A DNA stretch of 64,000 nt from Epithemia pelagica (taxonomy: Eukaryota; Protista; Bacillariophyta): assembly GCA_946965045.2 (NCBI GenBank), contig OX337241.1, positions 1,488,001 through 1,552,000 of the forward strand, given 5' to 3'. Made by a program: the position numbers and the translations under genes. Under the pieces are notes generated by a model. The model ran no database searches. It saw only the letters and a list, made by a program, of their open reading frames with translations, and was not told where the DNA came from. Position 1 is the first letter of the stretch, and the number at the start of each line of letters is the position of its first letter. This document shows positions 57,001 through 64,000 of this stretch, piece by piece.

Positions 57001-57701
57001 CGATTGATGCATCCGTGAATGTGGCGTGATTGTTCTTGCCAGGTACGACGTTGATCTTCGATTCTCCCAGAGATTTTCTTGCCCTTCCCTTCGTCATCAC
57101 CATTGCTGTTTTCCTCGTTGGGTTCCGGTTCCAATCCCTCTTCTTCTTCGTCGTCATCGTTTTCCTGTTCTTTTTGGCTCTTTTGGAATTGCAACTTTTC
57201 TTGTTCCATGCGACGGCGTTTGGCCGGTGGAACGTAGAGAGAAGGTCCCGGTCGGCGTGGTAACCGAGAAGGCGGTGGTGGTCGGGGTCGTTGGTCTGCA
57301 CGGGAATTGCCATAGGGATCCACGTCGTCCCCTCCATGGTTCCTCCGACGATGGTGCCGTCGATCCGAACCATGATGATGATGATGACGACGAGAGTCAT
57401 GATGGGAGCGACGATACTCTTGATGATATCTCGAAGAATCTCGATCATTAGGCTCTTGTCTTTCATTGGAACGTGGATTATGACGCGGACCCCAACGACT
57501 GGGACGTTGTTGTTGTTGGTCCGGTTCCACTCGATCCGCTGCAAGGTCGTGGTTGGTGCCTTTCTCGTTTTTGGGTGATCCTCCTCCTTCTTCTTTTTCC
57601 TCTTTAGGATTAGTGGTCGAAGTGAGAGGAGGCATATCGTCCACCACAACGGCGGGTGCAACGGTAGGTTCGTCAGGAGTCAACGCAGCGGCAGCACTCA
57701 T
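54018..57701 (-). CDS. CWC22: Pre-mRNA splicing factor CWC22 (MIF4G + MA3 domains, RS/RD-rich tail)
   Basis: LYVPPAKRR, IHGCINRL, DLVHLRRTIYLTIMSSATFEECAHKL, ECCAQERTFLRYYG, IHRLETNKLRNVAK, RYAINFLTSIGLG. Confidence 0.96.
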   Translation of the reverse strand: MSAAAALTPDEPTVAPAVVVDDMPPLTSTTNPKEEKEEGGGSPKNEKGTNHDLAADRVEPDQQQQRPSRWGPRHNPRSNERQEPNDRDSSRYHQEYRRSHHDSRRHHHHHGSDRRHHRRRNHGGDDVDPYGNSRADQRPRPPPPSRLPRRPGPSLYVPPAKRRRMEQEKLQFQKSQKEQENDDDEEEEGLEPEPNEENSNGDDEGKGKKISGRIEDQRRTWQEQSRHIHGCINRLSVTNLKDRIVHLLQHVNVVRMRGCMAHSLVQAMTSTTSASYHAVYASFLAVLHSKLPTVGQVTVHRLVDQFRKAYAHKDKARVTALAMALSHLFVQAVLHELLVLQLLTLLLTGPSSSSSNTGPTHDSLSVAITILEIVGGTLRQVSPAGHRAILDQLRALLASQRELHPQVQQALQDLLASQQQQRNHDTDSPAVDPRLDLVELEDQITLTDLDLDQPELDTCYELDHFQYDPHHVQHEREWLAIQRELLGLDSDDDDDDDDGEEEEDSADEDDENQADNEKEVPESGTGESSHPPGSGGHAVVQVQDLTEADLVHLRRTIYLTIMSSATFEECAHKLASIDIPEGREEELVNMLLECCAQERTFLRYYGMIGARFCLLHNRWKSAFEQAFAQQYNTIHRLETNKLRNVAKLFAHLLYTHSLPWSVLQTIRMTEDATTSSSRIFCKILLQEMAQALGMAELKRQFHLDEDNETRDGSKKNRTTNTKTNQPEEPDYVQWFQGLFPMQGNLRETRYAINFLTSIGLGPLTDSMRVFLKQAPSLLQQQQLRQQEEQDKQDEDDDASSVLSSSSNSSSGSSSRSSSSSSSLSSSSSSSSSEDRDRRRRRGRRPSSKRRRSHETRRRKERTRRSSSVSSRNSNERRDHRDDLSRDSERGRHRSNRNMDDSSDKERRPQRRYDRRAEDKETHSEEKHEVQEDRRPRENESNHDGEASSDEAARRRHDEYGRRQRRESDSENHDERIRNRHRDEGDNLDNDRGVKDDDSGDKNDRHKSRFNSNREKYGRDKDRERVGKDHASEDQQTRHRSRYASDREEEEVSGKDRRRRDKDRRRDIKERRSGRKDNYDEESDSETGRRRHIKESRRDDDEKESSHDRRRESDDDGPVKDGDKKERYPRRSRNREDDSYSDPDTDDRRKHRGRENLKESAHDRRDKRRDKRTHTDTNSENEDDNHARRSRRRRRDDSSDEDSRQDRGGGGSRRSRSRSRYDSEEDEK

Positions 57702-58004
57702 GATCTCATGGTTTGTGGGTCAAGACCCAAACAAGAACGAGATTTTGTTGGTGCCCAGATAGTCGGGGGCGAGAAGGGGGCACGAAACGAAGGGACCCCC
57801 AGACAACCCCGCTTTGCGGGGTTGTGGACCTGCGATGGGAGTGTCAAAGGGAGACACCGACGATTTCTAACAGATCTCTGGGTCCTCTGGAAGGCCAGTC
57901 AAATTCTAGCAGATACTCTCCTTGGTTTGTTCAGTGCCCGTCGTTACATTTGCTGGGGGAAGCGCGAGTGGAAGGACAATCCAACGACAAACGTCTCTTC
58001 CGTC

Positions 58005-61000
58005 ATGTTACGCGTCACACCCATTTATGGAAGTCAATGGTCCGCCGGTGGATCGGCAGAGGAACCCACCTGTACCTTGGTGGAATATGGTGATTGTCGA
58101 ATCTTGCTCAATGTGGGATGGATTCATCAACCCGATGTTGGAGCAACCACACAACAACAACAACATCAACAACAACCGGCCGAGTTTCCCTGGTTGCCCG
58201 ACCACGATTGTGTCTTGTTAACCGACAGTACCTTGCAATCCATGGGAGGATTGCCCCTTTACTATCAACAACAACAGCAAAAGCAAGAGGAACGACGACA
58301 AGAAAGGCGACGACAGAAAGGATCCGAACCAGTTCCTTCCAACGCTACTTCCTCCTCCGCCCACGCCGATGAGGACGAGGACCATCTCGGCGAAGCAGCC
58401 TGGTTGCCTCCCATTTATGCCACCTTTCCCATTGTCAAAATGGGTCAAATGACATTGTACGATTATCATGCCACCATTTGTTTGGATGGTGGGCGACCAA
58501 CCTTTACCCTGTCCTTGATTGACAATGCCATTGCCGCCATTCAATCCATTAAATATTCACAACCCATTTTGCTGTCCCCTTCCCTTTCGACCAATTCCTC
58601 GGTACCAGCAAACAACAGCAACAGCAACACCACGGCGGCAGCCACCTTGACGGTCATGGCCCATCGGGCTGGTCATTGTGTGGGAGGATCCTTTTTTGTG
58701 TTGCAACGAGTCCAAGATGAAACGACAGTCGTTCTGACCAAAACGTACTACATGGGCAAGGAATTGCATTTGGATTCCTCCACCTTGCTCAAACATGCCA
58801 CAACGCCCGATGTCTTGGTCACCTATCCAGGAGGACCTGCAATGGCACCTTTCAAGGCCTTGGCCCTCCCAGCCTCGTCCAATAATACGACTACGACGAC
58901 AAGTTCCGGCAAAAAGGCCGTGGCGCCTCCCTTGTTGGCTGTCCCCCAATTGGTGGCACAAGTGGAACGACACTTGACCGAAAGTGTCATGGCCGTCTTG
59001 AGACGAAATGGCAATGTTTTGTTTCCAGTCGATGCTGCTAGTCGGTCGTTGGAATTGGTCTTGCAACTCAATCGACATTGGGAACGACAACGACTACAGG
59101 CAGCCTACAATTTGGTATGGTTGGGACCCATGGTACAAAATACCATGGAATTTGCCAAATCACAATTGGAATGGATGTCGCAAAGCTTATTGTCGTCGAC
59201 CAATAGCAGTAACAAGAAGGACGGCGCCAAGGACGCCTCGTCATCATCGTCGTCTTCCTTATTTCTCCAATGCAAGGCCTTGCGTATCTGTTCCACCCTT
59301 TCGCAGGTCGAATCGCTCATGCAACAAAATCCAACGTGTATTGTGGCTACGGGATTAACATTGGAGCACGGTCCGGCCCGAAATGTCTTTCTCCGGTTGG
59401 CGGATAATCCAGACAATGCCATTTTCTTTACCGATTCCTCTCAAGCCTTGCCGAGACGACGACGACAACAACGACTGCCCAAACCAGAAGGTTCCGCCAT
59501 GGAAACCGTCCCAAGTATGGACCCGAGGAACGATCTGGAGGGCAAGATACCCATGACGACCGACACTGCTGCATCTCTTGCCACCCATACCGATCGTGAC
59601 GGTCCTGCGGTGGTACAGGACGACGAGAATGGAAATCTATCCCAGCAACTACCCCAAGAAACAACGACTGCGGCGGCCGAGGAAGACGACGAAGATGGAG
59701 TGGGAGGAGATGGGGAGAATCCTTTTTTTGCCCTCGAAAGTGGTGGCGCAAGCAGTAATAGCAGTAGTAAATTGGTGGTCTTGCACAATCCGCAACAAAC
59801 TGCGTCGCCCTGGAATACGGCGGCGCAGTTGTTGCGAGCCTGGGGTCAAGCCAAGGCTCAGGGGAAGGAAGAAATGGACGATTCCATTTGGATTGATGTG
59901 CCGGTTCCCAAACGTATGCCCTTGGCCGGGGCCGAACTCAAGTCATTTTGGGCCACTGAAGAAGAAGCGCGGTTGCAACGTATTCAGTGGCAACGACAGC
60001 AAGCCATGTTACGAGAAGTCGAATTAGCCAAGGGACAATTAAGATTGGGAGAAGATGATGCGGGGGGAACCGCAACAACCACAACGAGCAGTGGAGACGC
60101 ATTGGGCACCACGTCTAGTTCTAGTGCTACAACCGCCAACAAGGGACGTTCGCCTGGGAAAACCAGCGCTCTCACCACACGACCCCGCAAAAAGAGTCGA
60201 TTTGATCAATCCCTCTTTCTTAAATTCTCCAAACCTTTGCATTGTAAGTCAAAGTATATCGTGTGAAGAATCGGTTGGTTTATATATCACATCATGAACT
60301 TCAGAATTGACTGAAAGGAACACAAGAACAAAGACGAAGAGGCGTGTTTGGCATTTTCACTGTTTGTTTCTCATCCGGTTCTGTTTGTGCTTTGGACACA
60401 GTGTGTTTTGAGGTTCGGGAAGAAGCTGTTGGTATTGGACAAAATGATTCCATTGCGAAGTTCGGTATTGGAGAATCCATTGGTCGGTCGGGGGAAGTAT
60501 TAGAGGACGATTACGGTATTGCGGTACAGCATGAGCATTTTACGGACATTGTTTCGGGAGTTGATCCATCCAAGTTTGGTGCATCGGGACGAGTGGGAGA
60601 AGACGTATTGCGACGAGGGTTTGGCTATGCAGGAAGTGGAGCATCTGGTGGTGGCGTCAAGACAGTATCCGATGATGAAGGACCTGGTGGTGGAGGCGGT
60701 GGAGCTGGTGGAGAAGGATCAGAAGGTGGAGACAATGAACGTGAATTGCAAGAAGCCATGGATTTATCGGAAGGAAATGGCATCGTGCGCGGTCGCAATG
60801 GGCGTCCTCCAATGAAGATCACAACTGTCATGTGCAAGTTAGAAGTTTTGGCAGAAATATCTTACATTCCTGGGCTGGAAGGCAGAGTGGATGCCAGGGC
60901 AGCACGGCAATCCGTCCGAGCCTTGCAACCCCGACAAGTGGTTGTCTTGGGTGGACCAGAACGTGGTTCGAACACATATTCAACGAACGACGAGTATAAA

Positions 61001-61600
61001 TTGCCATTGGTTGATTCCGTGACACAGTTGGCGGAAGCAGCTCATTCCTTTTCTACGGCCACGGAGAATTCAGATTCTGCTAATCTGTTGACTCCTAGCA
61101 ACGGTGAAACCATTGAACTGAACGTAGGACATGCTGCCTACGCCGTACGCCTCATTGACACACCATTTCAATCACCAGAAGAGAAGGAGGCTGGCATTCC
61201 AGTTCCTGAACCAGTTGAACCACATGAGGTTAAGTTGGGGGCCTGCACCGTTAGCTGGATTGACGCAGTGGCAACGGGACAGAAGGTAGCATTGGATGGG
61301 AGTTTGGTCTTAGCTCCACCCGCTAATGCACACAAAAAGAGAAAAATTAAGAAGTCGTTGCATCTATCTTCTGGTGATGTATTGCTGACGGATTTGCGTG
61401 CCGAACTAATGGCCCACCCGCAGGGACGATTCAAGGCGGACTATAGTGCACACAAGGGATACGCTCAGTTGGTTGTGAATGGTGGCAAAGTGATTGTACG
61501 TAAAGACTTGAACTCAGGAAGGATTCAAGTGGAGGGTCCTCTCTGCCAAGATTTCTGGACCGTCAGGGAAATAGTCTGCCGACAATACGTTGTTCTATAG
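58005..61600 (+). CDS. CPSF2: Cleavage and polyadenylation specificity factor subunit 2 (CPSF100); exons 58005-60243, 60402-61600
   Basis: MBL/beta-CASP features PIYATFPIVKMGQMTLYD, IKYSQ, AGHCVGGS, LRRNGNVLFPVD, EFAKSQLEWM, DFGLEGRVD-like YIPGLEGRVD, EGPLCQDFWTVREIV. Intron GTAAGT...ACAG joins in frame. Confidence 0.93.
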
Positions 61601-61897
61601 GAGTAGATATTACGGATAGCTTAATAGCCTAATAGCCTAAACCAAAATGCATTTCCTTGGTCCTCTACTCAAGTCAAGCCTCCCTTTCATGGCGCTCAAA
61701 AGGTTCTCGCAGGCCAGCGTAAAAAGTTTGCGCGAAAGGCGTGGCAACGGAACCACAAGGACTCGAAACATTCGACTGGGTCCGTTGCCGTCCGTTGTTG
61801 TAGTCCACCGGATGATTTTGGAATGCAAAGAAAGCTACAAACTGTATTATGAAGAGGGTAAAACTCCTCTAATGTGCTTGTGTACGGTGTACGACTA

Positions 61898-61998
61898 CCC
61901 CCCAGCGGGTGTGAGTGTGTCCCGCAGGCCTCAAAGCTGCACTCTGGTTCTTGAATGCAACACTTGGTGCGACTGACCGGGTCGCCCCTGCTTGGGGG
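61898..61998. mobile_element. 101-bp TA-flanked MITE-like element
   Basis: TA|CCCCCCAGCGGGTG ... GCCCCTGCTTGGGGG|TA. Shares sequence with 41543-41696. Confidence 0.55.
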
Positions 61999-62094
61999 TA
62001 GGTGTACGGCGTACGGCGTAGATTGAGTAGTTTCTCCCAAAAATTCGACATTTTGACAGGGCACGTGCCGTAGCCATGTGCCACGGGCGATGTA

Positions 62095-62700
62095 AGGGCT
62101 GGGTAAGCCGATCCATGTTCGGCTAAGTAGGCTCAGTACATTGATCTACGTAGTACTATTTTCGTCTGTGTAAGAAGTGGGGCGGATGGTCTCAAATTGA
62201 AAACTTGCTGCCACGAGAAACAATGCAAATTGGAAGCCATCACTCGACAATGGTCGAGGTCATCACCCCCATGGCAATAACTTCCTGGATAATTGAGCCT
62301 GCCTGAATCACTTTTACAATAAGAATCTTTACTACTAGAGCAACTTTGCTTTCACTTTGATTCAGGCACCCTTGAAAAATGAATGAGTTAGGGCGGTCGT
62401 TCGATTTCATCACTGCAGAAAAATGAGCGTACCTTTTCAGCCAACTTGGCAAATCTTCTGTAATTTCAGACAACAATTTCAAAGGTAAAGGCAAAGGACT
62501 TACGGTGGTCGGATGTTTATGCGATGCATGGGTGAATGCATACGGCGTCACCGGATCTCGCCATCATTGTCGAGCGTTTTTGCATTTTTTTGAAATTCCG
62601 ACCATTTCCGGCGTGACGTGTACTATCTGATTTTATGTACTCTACGTAGATTAATGTACTGAGCCTACTTAGCCGAACATGGATCGGCTTACCCAGCCCT
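62095..62700. mobile_element. 606-bp MITE, copy 2
   Basis: Same TIRs as 49172-49776, TA flanks at 62093-94 and 62701-02. Confidence 0.93.
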
Positions 62701-62894
62701 TAATAAACAAATGTCGCCTGCTGACTGTCCAACGGACTCCAACAGACACCATATCTAGTTCAGCCTTCACCTTCACCACTTCGTCCCATTATCAATGTGG
62801 TCCTCCAACAGATTTCTCACCAGAATGTCTCCCAAGGAAACCAGTTACTTGACCATTAATTTCATGTCAACTCTGTTCGTTCCACAAAGTCAAG

Positions 62895-64000
62895 ATGATG
62901 GAAGAGATTGACCTGAACGATGAGCAACAGATTGCGCAAAAGATTAAAAGGAAAAAGTTCTCTCGGGAATCTTCCAATTTGATGGATCGGTTCGACGGTG
63001 AGATTCCAGACGATGCCGACAAAAAGTCTGGCGTGTTTTCCCTGAAACGAGCTCTCCAAAGTCCGTGGTGGAAATTCGCATGCTTGGGGCTCTCCTTCTT
63101 TATTTTTTCAATCATCTTGACTATCGTCGCTGTCCGAACGTCGCGGGAATCAGACAACAACGATGTCATTGAGAGCTCTGAAGCAAATGATAGTTGGACC
63201 ACTCCTAGTCCTTCGCCATCACCATCGCCTGAAATCAATCAAGCCAGCCCACCTCCGACGTTGTCCATTGACTCCTCATCTCCTCCTCACACATCATCGA
63301 TTCCGTTGCCACTCCAAGACAGAGACGAATTTTCCCATTTTATAGTTCAATGGGGCATTGAAACGCAAGGCTGCTACCGCCTTCAGTGGCCATCGATTTT
63401 CTTATCGTGTGGTGAGGAATTTGGGGAAGCTTCCATTGATGTGGTGGACATGAAACTGCCAGCAGCATTCAACGACCTCGATGACGAATCTCGACCCAAT
63501 ATTGAATGTACGCGCAAAGTGAAAGATGCGATTGTGTGCAAAATGAAGAACTCTCAGGTACAATACTCGCATTCGAACGCGTCATCTTCCTTACTGTACG
63601 GATCATTGCTTGTCGTATGCGGAGGCAATTCCTCCAAGGACGAGGCATCTTCCGAAATCTTGAGCCAATATCATTTGAAGGCGGACATTTTGCCTCATAC
63701 ATTTGCAACTAGCTGTCTTGACATCAAATCCATCACAACACTAAACAAAGACCAAGAGGAACGCGTCAATGGAGGATATGCCATGCCATGGCTCTCCGTT
63801 GGCCGGTTTTGTCATGATTCCACGAACGGAGGCAATCGACGCCAACGAAATCTTCAGTCGCCCACTACAGCTCAAAGGAAGATGAATCCGCAAGATCACC
63901 TTCGAACAAGGGCAACGACGGGGGCGTTAGACGACAACAATTTCCAAGACAGACTGAAGGTCTTGACGGACATGTATTGCGAGCAAGGAGAACATTTCTC
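62895..64000 (+). CDS. Type II membrane protein with Pro/Ser linker and Cys-containing ectodomain (runs off the window; missing from the ORF track)
   Basis: My translation is open from ATG 62895 (MMEEIDLNDEQ) to the window end. One TM segment FACLGLSFFIFSIILTIVAV, then SPSPSP linker and scattered Cys. Confidence 0.75.
   Translation, partial: MMEEIDLNDEQQIAQKIKRKKFSRESSNLMDRFDGEIPDDADKKSGVFSLKRALQSPWWKFACLGLSFFIFSIILTIVAVRTSRESDNNDVIESSEANDSWTTPSPSPSPSPEINQASPPPTLSIDSSSPPHTSSIPLPLQDRDEFSHFIVQWGIETQGCYRLQWPSIFLSCGEEFGEASIDVVDMKLPAAFNDLDDESRPNIECTRKVKDAIVCKMKNSQVQYSHSNASSSLLYGSLLVVCGGNSSKDEASSEILSQYHLKADILPHTFATSCLDIKSITTLNKDQEERVNGGYAMPWLSVGRFCHDSTNGGNRRQRNLQSPTTAQRKMNPQDHLRTRATTGALDDNNFQDRLKVLTDMYCEQGEHF

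Noticed and set aside
1-64000. tRNA, rRNA, telomeric repeats, LTR pairs
   Set aside because: None recognised by eye; tRNAscan-SE and Infernal would be needed to exclude small ncRNAs.

Overview
Eukaryotic nuclear DNA, most likely a pennate diatom. This is an inference from the short GT-AG introns, diatom-type transposons, diatom-style PPR motifs and many low-complexity ORFs. The left part (1-28.5 kb) is rich in mobile and decaying DNA. It holds a full-length two-ORF non-LTR retrotransposon (APE-RT-RNase H, Ambal-like) with a 16-bp target-site duplication, a secreted Cys-rich-repeat/NPP1(NLP)-like fusion with a broken toxin domain, a REase+kinase ORF, a PPR pseudogene, a Mutator-like composite TIR element, a STAND/AAA-TPR gene with a premature stop, and an apparently intact two-gene PIF/Harbinger transposon. 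The right part is mostly intact genes: a large MLO-like membrane protein with extra voltage-sensor-like and PH-like regions, an Asp/Asn beta-hydroxylase-like protein, a bacterial-type GH20 hexosaminidase, a repeat protein, an NTPase+REase ORF, mitochondrial uS5, CWC22 and CPSF100, plus two MITE families. No rRNA, tRNA or CRISPR array was recognised. The best candidates for undescribed biology are the MLO-VSD-PH fusion, the beta-prism-like repeat/NLP fusion and the Harbinger accessory ORF. All family assignments come from motifs read by eye; no database search was run.
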